Assembly: GCA_033442325.1 (NCBI GenBank)
Contig: JAWQFM010000024.1
Location: 48,954 to 112,953 of the forward strand
Source: Salpingoeca rosetta
Taxonomy: Eukaryota; Protista; Choanoflagellata
Length of the DNA stretch: 64,000 nucleotides
Reading direction: 5' to 3'
Shown: piece by piece, positions 1 through 12,063 of the stretch
How positions within the stretch are numbered: position 1 is the stretch's first letter
Layout of the letters: each line of letters begins with the position of its first letter
The notes under the pieces: model-generated
The model's database searches: none
What the model saw: the letters and a program-made list of their open reading frames with translations, nothing else
What the model was told of the DNA's origin: nothing
Made by a program: the position numbers and the translations under genes

Positions 1-197
1 TTGGTGTTGTGGTGCAGTGGATAGGGCTCGTAAATAAAAAAAATTATAAAAATAATTCCCCAGTCCGTCACGCGTCCGTTCCTACAGTAGTCTGTAGATA
101 ACACAAGATTCGTCCAATACAAACAAACCACTCAGGGCACCTGCTCATCATCGTACAATTAAAAAATCTAAATTAGAACACAATGTCAAAAAAGATC

Positions 198-530
198 TAG
201 ATCTTGACGCCTGCGCGTATCTCTTCAATGATTCTCCACCGCTCACTTCCTTCCTCGGACATAGCAATTACATAAGCACCCTCCCCCACCCATCTACCCT
301 CCCCCCCCCCCCAACACACACACCACGACCACCCTCATCCACACCCTTGCTGTGCAGTGTGGCGCCGGCACGCCTGCGCGAGATCTGCGACCACGTGTTG
401 CGCCAGCTTGGATCGTAAAGTACAGAGTGCTTCCCAATCGTCATCAACTTTCTCATGCAGCAAGGTGGTGGCGGTACTGTTGAGGGCGGCGAGGAGTGGG
501 AGATGATGCCAGAGTGTGTGACAGTGTATG
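198..530 (-). pseudogene. Possible 3' relic of an unidentified gene (two exon-like segments)
   Basis: Minus-strand segments translate to ...LLHEKVDDDWEALCTLRSKLAQHVVADLAQAC... and ...IAMSEEGSERWRIIEEIRAGVKI*, separated by a G/GT-rich intron-like stretch. No clear start, no recognisable family. Confidence 0.25.
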
Positions 531-709
531 ACGGTGATCTCACATGTGCCTGCCTGCACGTGTGGCTGTGGCTTGTTCTCTCACAGCCGCTCCCTCACAT
601 GCCTTCGCACACACTCACACACATGCACGTTGATGTTCAGCGGATGGAATGGATGATGTGAATGCGCTGACAGCGAACATGCAACACCAACAACAAGGCG
701 ACGATCACC

Positions 710-1800
710 ATGTGCTTGTCTGTGGTGGCTGCCATCAAGAACGGGCTGGCATTTGATGCGCGCATTGCAAAGGCGTGGCTGCGGCCAACTCAAGACGACC
801 ACGGCCCAAGCCGATCACCGCCCTCGATCTGCTTGTGCTGTTGCTGCTTTACCAAGCACCAGAACGCCCACCGGCGCGGCGCGGAGACCACCGTGATCAA
901 GCTTGCAAGCACGGGCCGGCTCATCGCCGCCATGGCCGCTGCCACGTTTGCCAGACACACGCGCGCGTTCTTGATGTGCTTCAAGTCGATTGTGCAAATG
1001 GCGGACATCCTGAGCCAGCGGCAGGGGGCCGCGTGCCGCGACCTCGCCTTAACGGCCGGAGGTGGTCGGGGCGCTGGTGGCGCACATTGGCACGGGGCAG
1101 GCACAGGAGGTGGACGCAGCCATGCCTGTGCTGCTACTGTCGCTGGCCACAGACCACCCGAAGCTGCTGCACCCGTTCGCGTGCTCATGCTGAACGGCAT
1201 CCTGGACTGCCTGAGCAACCTGCACTTCATCCACATCTGGCAGCTCTTCCGTGTCCTGACCACGCTCACGTTTGACCGCCAGCGCATCCCCGCCGCAGGC
1301 CTCATCGATGACGAGAACGAGGATGGTGTGTGAGATTGAGTGAGTGAGAGTGTGTGTGTGTGTGTGTGTGTGTGAACTTGTGCGATGGGGAAGGTGTGTT
1401 GGATAACATAATGTCCTTCCATGCAGAATGTCTCTCACCCTTCACTCCACCACCAACACCGCCACCACCACCATTCCTTCTCCATTGCACCCCGTGTACG
1501 GCAGCTGTCTCAACCGAACGAAGAGCTGAAACGCAGCGGCACCATCGCTGCTACCACCGTCACCCGCACCTGGCTCACTCTCACCAACGACACAGACACC
1601 TCCATCGGCCGTGCGTTCGTGCGTGCGTGCGTTTGCGCCCTTGTTTGCGCCCTTGTTTGCGGTTCACCTGAGTCCCCCGTGTGTACCTGTCGTGCTCCTC
1701 ATACATCACTCACCCGTCTCCTCGCCTGTCCAACAGGCAACCATCTCTCCTCGCTGTTGCAGACATTGCAGCTCATCTATGTCGACAAGTGCAAACAGCT
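710..1800 (+). pseudogene. FANCD2: Frameshifted internal fragment of Fanconi anemia group D2 (FANCD2), unprocessed pseudogene
   Basis: Across three frames: AAIKNGLAFDARIAKAWL / ALDLLVLLLLY / RRGAETTVIKLASTGRL..TFARH..FKSIVQMA / EVVGALVAHIGTGQAQEVDAAM / LNGILDCLSNL..IWQLFRVLTTLTF / RQLSQPNEELKRSGTIAA. These are collinear with recalled human FANCD2 ([61 protein letters not shown]). About four frame changes; a GT-repeat intron at ~1327-1490 is retained. Confidence 0.8.
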
Positions 1801-1899
1801 GACATGCTCCGTTGCCACAACGCCTCCACATCCACGCCCAGCCACTGCCCATCCATCATCGTGGTGTCGTTTCCTCCCCCGCTCCCCAGCACCAACAGC

Positions 1900-2649
1900 C
1901 ATCAAGAGCAAGCACATCTATCGGGATGCGTGAACGGGGATGGCGGACTCACCATCGACCCACCGCCGCCACGGCCGCTTGGCTTCAGGTCGCTCGCCGA
2001 CCCCGACGTACCCGTGTGTTGGCCGCCGAGACCCCCAAGCGCACGTTACAGCACGACAACACCGTCAACACGATTGTGGTTTGCGCGGACGGACGGGTGT
2101 GCCCCACACGCGGGAGACGTGCTCTAACTTCTCGCCTGAGTACACGCGCGCGCGCGAGGTGGACAAGGACACGCACATGGTCGTCAGCGAGAAGACGCTG
2201 CAGGCGCCGTTCGAGACGAAGCTGAAGCTGCCGGGGATTGCCGCCGTGTTCGCGGGCATGATGCGCTGCAAGACCGATGTGGAGACAGGGCTGCGGGAGC
2301 ACGCTGCCGGGACGCGGACGTCTTCTTGTTCCTGATGTCGCTGCAGCCCTTTGTATGGTGGAACCTGTCGCTGGGGACGGACAACCTGAACCCGGAGGAG
2401 GAGACGGTGGAGGAGGTGCAGCACGAGAGTTGGGCGCATCCCCGATTGGCGTGGGCCTGCAGCGACGACGTGTTGTTCCGCACGGTCGTGGACGGACAGC
2501 GAGGACAGGCTGGCGACTCAGACATCCAACGAGGCTGCTGGACGCGTGGGAGCTTGGTGTCTCGCACGCTGCCGATACTGCCGCACTCTAACGTGCTGGA
2601 GCTGATGCACCAGGCGGGCGTTGTGGGCGTGGACGCGAGGGTGAAATAG
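1900..2649 (+). pseudogene. Frameshifted coding relic of unknown family
   Basis: High-GC3 protein-like text switches frame repeatedly (HDNTVNTIVVCADGRVCP / ETCSNFSPEYTRAREVDKDTHMVVSEKTLQAPFETKLKLPGIAAVFAGMM / VFLFLMSLQPFVWWNLSLG...) and ends at TAG 2647-2649. Confidence 0.45.
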
Positions 2650-2896
2650 GACCTGCTTGCTTGCCAGTGTTTGGTTGACGTGTGGCGTGGTAGGTTGTAT
2701 TGCTGCTTGTCAGCCGGTTGGATCGCGTGAAGAGTTTACTATAGTGTCACACAAGCAACGTCAAACAAGGCAAGGCAATCGGCAAGCAAGTAAACGCAAG
2801 CAAAGTAAGGCAAGCACGTGGAGGAAAGAGCAGGAGCAAACGAGCAAAGAGACCAACCAGCAAGCACACACACACACACACGCACAGAGCACACAG

Positions 2897-4739
2897 TCAA
2901 GTGGTGGCGTTGATGCGACTGTTGATGGCGGTGCACCAGTCAGCGAGCGAGGTGTCAGAGCGCGCGTGCAAGCGGAAGGCGAAGGTCCGGCCGGGAACAG
3001 CAACGTGTAACTCTTCGCCACCATGGGCGAGCTCAGCTGACAGCACGCTGGACAGGGGGATGCGTCGCTTGGCCGTGCCTGAAGCGGACTTGCCGTACGC
3101 GAGGTGGCCGTCGTCGTCAAGCTTGCACCAGCACGGGCGAAAGGCGGCCCTCCGTCGCCCACGCTTCCGCAACCAGCCGGCCAGTGGCTCATTTGGGCAC
3201 TTACAAGCGTCCTTGTACAACGCTCTTGCTGGTACAGAGCAGCCACGAGGAGCATCTCGCCCAGTCCATGTCTTCTTGTCTTCACCGTCGCTGCCCGTGT
3301 TTGCTGGGCGTCTTGCCTCAGCGTGAACCTGTGCAACTGCACCGAGAAACCGCATGAGCAAGTTGCGTTGTGGAGCAAACGCCTGGTACACAACAGCAGA
3401 AGAGATGAACCGAAGCAGAAGGTTGCGATGAGCAAGTACGTTTTGCTGCTGAAGTTGAGACTCTGACACGTGTTGCGTGGATGCGTGCTGCCTGTTCACA
3501 GCACCACCGCGAATGCGCCCCAGGTTTCGCTCCGCCTTGCGGGTGTTTGGGTGGTCTGTCCCAAGCGTGGTTGTGAAAACGTCGAGCGCCTGTTGGACAT
3601 AGGCGCATGCCCGCTCCTTTTCGCCGCGCTTGTCGTGCAGCAGGCCGATGTTGAAGTACGTCTGTGCTGTGCTCGGGTGCTTCTCGCCCAACGCTTCCAC
3701 CGTGATGGCGAGGTCCTTCTCGTGGAAGTGGATGGCTCTGTCGTAGTCGCCCTTGCTATGGTAGGCGATGCCGAGGTTGCCGTAGGTATCGGCAGTGCTT
3801 GGGTGCTTCTCGCCCAGCGTCTCCACGTAGATGGCGAGGGCCTTCTCGTACAGCTCGATCGCTCTGTCGTAGTCGCCCTTTCTGTCGTAGGTGTTGCCGA
3901 GGTTGTTGTACGTGTCGGCTGTGCTGGGGTGCTTCTCACCCAGCGTCTCCACCATGATGGCGAGGGCCTTCTCGTAAAACTCAACCGCCTTATCGTATTC
4001 GCCCTTGCTGTCGTAGGCGATGCCGAGGTTGCCGTGCAACCCCGCCACGTTCTCGCCTTTATCCCCCTCAGTTCGCAGGTAAATCGGCAGGGCTGTCTCG
4101 TAGAATGCAATGGCGCCATCGTATTCGCCAAAGTCATCCAGCACCAGCCCAACGTTGAGGCATAACCCCGCGAAGGCAACTGTGCTGTCCTCGCCCCGTG
4201 CCCGCATGGCTTCGACGGCACCCACCGCTTTCTCCAGGCACCATGCGCGCAGCTGGTCTTTCACGGCCTGGTTGACTGCGCTGAAGCCGCCCGCCCACGA
4301 CTGGATCGCCGTGAAGATCATGTGTTTGTCGTGGGGGTTGAAGGCGTCGGCTCGCTCTGCCTGCACGCGCACCAGCGTGTCGGTCACTGCTTTATAGTCA
4401 TCGCGAATGGCGTTTTCGAGCGCCTGTTCTTCGCTGTTGGGTAGTTGGATGGTGACCTCTGTGCCCTCGTTGCTGATGCCACAGAAGATCTCCCACAAAC
4501 ACCACGCGCGTGTCAAGGGAACAGGGTCTCGCCACGGCATGAGCACCAGCAGCACATGGCCAATGTTGGCAATCGACTGCTTGAACGTCGTGCTCCACCT
4601 GGGTGTTGAGAAAGGGAAAGGGGGAGGGGGAAAAGGATGAAGGGAAGAGGAAGACAGGGAGGAAAGGGGAGGGGGTTGCAGTTCTTGTGAGGGAACAGTG
4701 TGCGTGTGTCTGTGTGCGTGTGGCAGTGAAGGGCACGAG

Positions 4740-4801
<62 letters not shown>

Positions 4802-5198
4802 GCACACGCAAAACGCACCATTCTTGTGGGAGGTTGGCCGTGACGTTGGCGTTTTGGTTGTTCATAAAGAGGTCAAACCAGAAGAACACCGGCTGGCCGT
4901 CGTCCTTCCTTGCTTGCTCCTCTGCAAACTCAAGCAAGACGTTGAGCACGTCTGCGACCTTGTACCGCCATGCGTGCGACACGAACACGGTGGCCTTGTT
5001 CACGTGCTCTGGCGACTGCTTGCGCAGCTGCTCGACGTAGGCGCAGTTGTCCTGGCGTGTGCGTGGCACAACCAGCTGCTTGCAGGCATCCTCCGTCGTC
5101 ATTTCAGCGTACGTGTCGGGGAACTCGCGCTTCAGATCACCCAGAAACCGCCGCACAGCTGCCACGGACACGCCGTGCGTCAGTCGCTGGTCAGCCAT
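2897..5198 (-). CDS. HET/TIR-like N-terminal domain + 42-aa TPR repeats + C-terminal PH domain; exons 5198-4819 and 4598-2897
   Basis: One GT-AG intron joins two ORFs in frame (LPQEW|WSTTF). Motifs: TVFVSHAW, FFWFDLFMNNQ, LTRAWCLWE; 42-aa repeats EKHPSTADTYxNLGxxYxxKGDYDRA; PH-like end LAGWLRKRG..FRPCWCKL..HLAY..LADWCTAI. Confidence 0.9.
3640..4070 (-). repeat. 126-bp coding tandem repeat (TPR units)
   Basis: GTGCTTCTC anchor recurs at 3677, 3803 and 3929 (126-bp period) with high nucleotide identity between units. Confidence 0.9.
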
Positions 5199-6199
5199 GG
5201 CTGTGGCTGTGTGTGTGTGTGTGTATGTGGAGCCTGAGGAGCGGTGTGTGGGGTTGTGGGGTTTGGTTGGAGGTCAACCGCTCAGTGGGCAATCCGTGTG
5301 GCGCGGACGGTGGGCTTGAGGGCTTGAGGGCTTGGTGGCGCGGGGCGAGGTGCCAGGAAGATGAGACGATTGAGGAGATGGTCGAGGTGGGAGAGGAAGA
5401 GGGGAGTGGGTTGGTTGCTTTGGTTTGAGGAGAAAGAGAAGAGTGGCAAGGTTGTGAGGGTGGTTGTAGTGTGCACACACCCAGCCAAGAAAGAAAGAGA
5501 GAGTCAAAGCGCGCGCGCGAGAGAAGGAGAGAGAAAGTGCCAAAGAAAAGAAGAACAGGAGGAGGAAGGGGGGAGGGGGGTGTGGCTTTCGCCTTTTTTT
5601 TTTTTTTTTGTCGGTGGGTGGGAACAACAATAAAGGAGACGAAACACACAGACAGAGAGGAGAGAGTGCCCACCAGCTTTTTTTTTTTTTTTTTTGTTGG
5701 GGGGGGGGATGCTGGTGGAGCACGTAAGGCTGGTCGCTCAGCTTTTCGCTAACCACAAAAGAGCTGCTGAGAGTGAGTGCGAGAAGCTGGTGGTAGCAAC
5801 AACGAACACGCTTCCGGGCCCAAGAAGGTGTCTTGTGCGTTTTTAACCAACCGCTCACACACACATGCACAGCAACTCAAGGCAGTTGGCAGAAGAAGCA
5901 AAGAAACCGTCAGCCTGAGGCGGCGAGTACGCTTACGCACACCGTGGTCCTGTGGTCACACACAAGGGTGGTGTGGACTGAGAGGAGAGCTGAGGACTTG
6001 AGCCAGAGGGAGAGGCAGCGCTGTCCTGATCATCAAAGGACAACAAAAGCCGATGGATGTGCAGCGTGGTATCTGGTCAACCAGTCTTGGTTTGTTTCGC
6101 TTGTGCTTCTTGTTGTGGTTGTTGTTGAGGTGGTTCAAGGAAAATGGCCACCAAACACCAACTCACAACAAACCAACAAACAAACAAACCAGCAGACTG

Positions 6200-6770
6200 C
6201 TGGCACAGCCCGAGCTGTGGCATAGTACCTGCCGCACGTTGGCACTAGGGCAGGGCATCGGCGACAAGGGTCGATGCGTCGCCGAGCAACCAGCTGTGGT
6301 GGGTGTGCGGGATGGCCAGTACAGCCGTGCACATGGAGGCGTTTCTCAGGACGTTCCCGTTTATTGACCAAGCGCACATGGCTCTGCTGAGGGCGCGGCA
6401 GGGAGAACCAATAGGGGAGGAGGAACAGGCCAAGGAGGAAGAAGCAGAAGGCCCAGGGACAAGCAACAGGCAGATGCAATAGACGAGAAGAGTAGGGCAG
6501 AGGTGAAAGGAATGACAATGGGGGAGAAGACAAAGAAGGAGGAGGAGGAGAAGAAGAAGGAGGTGGAGAAGAAGAAGGTGCTGGTGGAGCAGGAGGAGGA
6601 GAAGAAGGGCAGGGGTGGTGCTGGTGGAACGGTGCCCCGGAGGAGCAAGGCCGGACCCCGCGCACCGACATGGGCGAACGCGGATAAGCTGGAGGAAAAG
6701 AAGCAGGCCACCAACAAGGAGAAGAACAACAGCAACGGGTCACGGAGGCCAACAAAAGGGTCGCGTTGAC
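6200..6770 (+). pseudogene. Degenerate coding-like relic with Glu/Lys-rich tail
   Basis: HMEAFLRTFPFIDQAHMALL.. followed by a GAG/AAG-rich segment in another frame; interrupted by stops; no family recognised. Confidence 0.25.
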
Positions 6771-6879
6771 GTCCCTGCACGTGAATGTGGTGAGGTCGTG
6801 CACGTTTGTCGTTGTGGTGGCGTTTTCGAGCACAATGGTGTCTGCTCTGGGCTGCCGCGTTTCGTGCGGTCTGGATGAA

Positions 6880-7090
6880 GGCTGCCGGGGGTCCGGCATG
6901 CATGGCAATGTCTCAGCCTGCATGCTTGGGTCCGGGGAGTAGTCGCGGCAGACCCCGCCCGCCCTCTTTGCTGAACACCAGCTGCGTGCCTGAGCTGATG
7001 CGATAAGTCTTGCACATGTCGAGGGGGCGCCTTGAGCAAACGGCAGTGTGCCGCACACCATCTGGAACACGGTGGGCCAGGAAGACGCCA
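6880..7090 (-). pseudogene. Possible protein kinase C-lobe relic
   Basis: VFQMVCGTLPF resembles kinase subdomain IX; frameshifted LL-PDP and DIAMH text downstream resembles subdomain XI. Confidence 0.3.
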
Positions 7091-7119
7091 TGGTGCAGGT
7101 GGCGTTGGCATGAACCATG

Positions 7120-7129
7120 CACACACAAA

Positions 7130-7160
<31 letters not shown>

Positions 7161-7288
7161 GCCTCCTCAACGCTGTGAAATGTGTGTACACAGACACAAG
7201 ATGGGAGAGAATGCAGGGGATGAGGTTGACAGCGACGCATCATCAACCACACGCCAGCCCCATTTCAACCATCCACACTGACACACAA

Positions 7289-7343
<55 letters not shown>

Positions 7344-9694
7344 CTCACCTCCTCATCAGAGCGAGTGACATGTGCAATGTCTGACTCACGCCAGATTGGA
7401 GCTGGTGTCGGCCGGAGTGTGATGGCGGCTGTGCGGTCGATGGCAATGGAGATGACGATGACAGCGGAGCTTAGGTGGAAGAGGAGAGAAAGGAGAGCGA
7501 AATGGGGAAGGTTGATGATGATGATGATGATGATGTGTCGTTCATGGCGGCTTTCTTCCCCCTCCTCTGATGTGGCCCTGGTGCCCATGTAACCAACACA
7601 CAACGACAAGACACAACGACATCATCACACACAACACACAGGTATGGCATGTGAGCACAGCAGGCGTGTTCACCTCCCTGCCCCTCCTCTGCTTCCCTTC
7701 TTCTCGCCCCACGACACACACACACACACACACACACACACCTGCACATGACTGCGTCACTGTGGTTGGATGTGCCCACCACGACCATGGATGTGTGTGT
7801 CCACAGCTGCTCCTCCCATTCCATCATGTGCGTGCACCCGCCCATCATCCTCCAACGATCCTCAGGCAGCCATCCCCTGCATACACACACACACACACAC
7901 ACATGACATGTGAGTTGCACAGCGACACTGCTACGAGATACAACAGCAGCAGCAACACCAAACACCCACAGCAGCAACAACATCAACACATGCGCCATGT
8001 GCCAACCAAAAGCACGCATGATGGGCTCACCTTGCTCACGCATATGGGAACACTGCATGAGCACAACAACGACAGCCGAATCGGGGGAGTTGCACCAGCA
8101 GCAGCAGTCGGCATGCGAGCCCGCTTCCATCAACATTGCGATGTGTGCTGGCACCTCACCACCTGTGTGTGTGTGTGTTTGTGTGTGAGTGGTTGCAAGG
8201 AACGTGGATGGAAACAGAACACAACAGAGACAGAGCAAGCCATCAAGTCAGCACAGCAGAACGAGTGATTGACATCACACGCACCACGTGTGTGCGTGTG
8301 TGTGTCGGTGTGTGTTCGTGTGTGACCATCATCTCCATCAACCCTCTTCCCTTGTTCGCTTCACCACATCCCAGCACCACAGCCCCATCACACAACCAAC
8401 CAACCACTCATCACCGCCCACATACCATGTGTGAGGCGAGTGCAGCTGGCACGCATGACAAGTATCCTCGACATTCCCCTCATCCTGCCTGTAAGTGTGC
8501 ATCACCTGCAAGTGTGGTTGTGTGCGAGCACCAGCGTGGTGAGTGAGTGGGAGGGAAAGAGGGAGCACGGATAGGTGCGCAGCTACACTGCTGCTGCCAC
8601 TGCTGGTGTTGTGCATGCATGTGTGTGTGTGAAGAAGAAAGGGAAGAGAGAGAAAACAGCAAACAGAAGGGAAGGAACAAGACATGCTGCAACCCATTCC
8701 ATCCATCCATCCCTCTTCCTCACACCACCACACACCACCATCCTCTGTCACCAGCCAGCCACCACACCACACCATACTCACCCAGCATCCCCCACCCCAC
8801 CTCATCCCATCCATCCATCCATCCATCCAACACACATCTCCTCCGTTTTCCCTCTTCTTCTCGCCCTCACCTCTGCTTGCTGCTGCTGCTTCCCGCCGAA
8901 AATGCAACTTGTGCTGTCGCCACCTGTTCCCAGCAGCAAGCAGCCAGCTTCCGCCAGCAGCAGTGGGCGATGGGTTGGTTGGTTGGTTGGTTGGCTGGTT
9001 GGTTGGTTGGGGGATGTGTTCAGCAGCAAGTGGTGGTGGTGCATTCTCTGCTGCTGCTGCTGCATCGGCGGTGGAGGGTGTGTTGGCTGGTGCTGCTGTT
9101 GTTGTTGTTGTGATGGCCGTCAGGGAGGGCGAGAAAGAGACGGAAAGACGAGCAGCGACTGCAAGGTGGAGAATGTGCAGGGATGCAAGCAGTCGTGTGT
9201 GAGAACGACGAATGAGACAGCACATCAAGCAAGGCAAAACAGGCAGCCGCACGACACACATGCACACATTGATGTGGGACAACAAGGGGAGACAGGAGCA
9301 GCAGAGACAGCGACCACAAACACGCACACTGGTGCGGTGCGCAGCATACACACATGTGCAGTGATGCACTCACGTTTCTCATCGCTGGCTTGTTTGTGGT
9401 GCGTGTTGGTGTTGCTGCTTCCGCAGCCGCACAGCGTGGCTGGATGGTCATCGCATGGCAGCGCCCGTCTGTTCATCCCACCAGAGCAGTGGTGGTGGTG
9501 GAGGGGAGGGGTGACAGCTGCTGGCTCAAAGGCCCTTTGTGGGGCGAGAGCAACAGGAAGGAGAAACAAGGGAGGGAGGGTGGTGGTGGTGTTGGTGTTG
9601 AGAGTGGGAAGGGAAGGATGTGAGCAAACACACAATCAAATAAGGAGGTGGTGGCGACGGCGTGTGGGTGGGTGGAGAAGAGAACATGCACGTC

Positions 9695-9749
<55 letters not shown>

Positions 9750-9997
9750 CTGTCTGGGCGATGCAGTGGTTCGATCACCATTCATCCGTCAGCACGCAGT
9801 CATTTGTGGGTTGGTTGGTGGGGGTCGCCCACTGCCTCATGCATCAGCCAGCACCTGCTGCTGCTGCGGCTGCTGCTGATGATGGAATACATCCATCTGC
9901 ACGCACCACAACAAACAAGCAAGCAACAACAACAGCAGTGAGCAGCGTGTCACAGACAGAGAAATGAGGAGGAGGAGGAGAAGAAACACAACCCCGT

Positions 9998-10032
<35 letters not shown>

Positions 10033-10888
10033 GGCTGTGATGGTTGATGCCATTTCCCCCCTCTCTCTCATGTGTGCTGCTCACTGGTTGAGAGGTTGCA
10101 TGATCCATTCTCAGGGCCGCCGCTGCATGACGGTGGCTGATGGCGGTTGTTCTATCACCACACAACGGTGAGCAAGCGTGAGAGTGTGTGCGTGTGTGAG
10201 TGTGCATTTGTGAGTGCCACACGCAGTGGTGTGTTGGTTGTGATCCAACCACCCGTGTGAGGATTGATTGATGGTGGTCCACATGTGTGCGGGTGTGTGT
10301 GTGTGTGCACGATGACAGCGTGCGCTTTGTTGTTGTTGGTGGTGGGTGGCGGTGGTTGTTGCTGTGCGCAGTGTGCAAGGAGAAGAAGGGGAAGGGGAGG
10401 AGCACGAAGTGGGTGGAAGGAGTGAGTGCACTCAATCTCACCCTCACCTGTCGATGGATGGGTCATTCATGTGGTCGTTGGTTGGTTGTTTGGTTGGTTG
10501 TGCGTGGTTCATCACAGGAGGAGGAAATGCACAACGGTGGAAGGAAGGAAGGATGGATGGATGGGAGAAAGGGGAGAGACGGTGCGCACACCCTCCCTGC
10601 ACATGTATGTGTGTGTGTGTATGTGTGAATGCGTCAGCGAGAAGGACGACGAAGGGAAGAGAAGGAAGGAAGGGAAGGAAGGAAGGAACGTGGCACGCAC
10701 AACCACCACCAATGTGTGTGTGTGTGCACGAACCAATGACACATTCACTCACCTCACCTCATCTCCCCCCCCTCCTCTCATCTGCCTGTCGGCAACGACG
10801 ACGACCATGATGACCATCACCATTCCTTCCACCATCATCATCAATCACACACCATCTGCTGCTCAGAAGAAGAGAATGAAAGCAACCG
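7120..10888. repeat. Low-complexity non-coding block of mixed microsatellites
   Basis: (CA)n, (CCAT)n, (TGGT)n, (CAG/CTG)n, (GAT)n and (GAAG)n tracts; no ORF with protein-like composition. Confidence 0.6.
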
Positions 10889-10988
10889 NNNNNNNNNNNN
10901 NNNNNNNNNNNNNNNNNNNNNNNNNNNNNNNNNNNNNNNNNNNNNNNNNNNNNNNNNNNNNNNNNNNNNNNNNNNNNNNNNNNNNNNN
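10889..10988. other. Assembly gap (100 N)
   Basis: Run of exactly 100 N adjoining a ~100-bp (GT)n tract. Confidence 1.
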
Positions 10989-11099
<111 letters not shown>

Positions 11100-11160
11100 C
11101 GTTTGCACTTGTTCATCATTGCAGGTTGTCTCTTCTCTTCCTCCACCGAAGCAAATTCAC

Positions 11161-12016
11161 CTGTTCTGAGAGGTCTTCGATCCATCCCATGTTGAAGGTG
11201 ATGCCGGCCTGCAGGGAACAGATTGGTCCACGAGCGAGAACGTGTGAGCACGCACAGCACTCGACGACGGCAATACCGCACACACAGACACACGCACACA
11301 CACATATGCGCGCACACACACAGACACACACACACACACACAACCACGGTTCAACCTGGTGGCGCTTTGTGATGTCGGCCAGCATGGTCTGCGTCTCCGT
11401 GTACGTCTTGTCTTTCCACGCAAAGTACAGCTGTGCATTCAATTGTGTGTGTGTGTGTGTGAGCATTGATTGCAGCAGGTGCGCGCTTCACCAAACGTGT
11501 GCAAGACACAGCCAGCCACGCGTGCACGCTTCCGCCCCCTCTCTCTGTCTACGCAAACACACACACACACTTTCACACACTTTCACACACAGACACACAC
11601 ACTTTCACACACTTTCACACACACACACACACACGTGTCGCACCTGCTGCAAGCGAGGCAGGAGTTCGTGGCAGCCGGCAAACGTCGGGGAGAACGCGAA
11701 CGTCTGTGGCGTTGATGGTCGCTCGTTCTGCCAGGGGCGCACCAGATTGGCCTCTCTGATGGGCAGTTGGAACGCAGCACGGCAGTGCATGGCAGCGTGA
11801 GGTTGTGAGGTTGTGACATGCGTGGGCGGGCGCGCGCTGAACATGGCAAGTACGCAGCACATTCGAGCAAGCGCAGTCTTACTTCATCTTGGTGTAGTGC
11901 TTCGTTGTCAGCTTGAACCCTGTGGTGGATGCGTTGGGCATGAGAGCAAGCACAAACACACATCAGAGAGACGCAGCAACACGCATGAAAACACACGCAA
12001 CTATGCACCCCCACGT

Positions 12017-12063
<47 letters not shown>

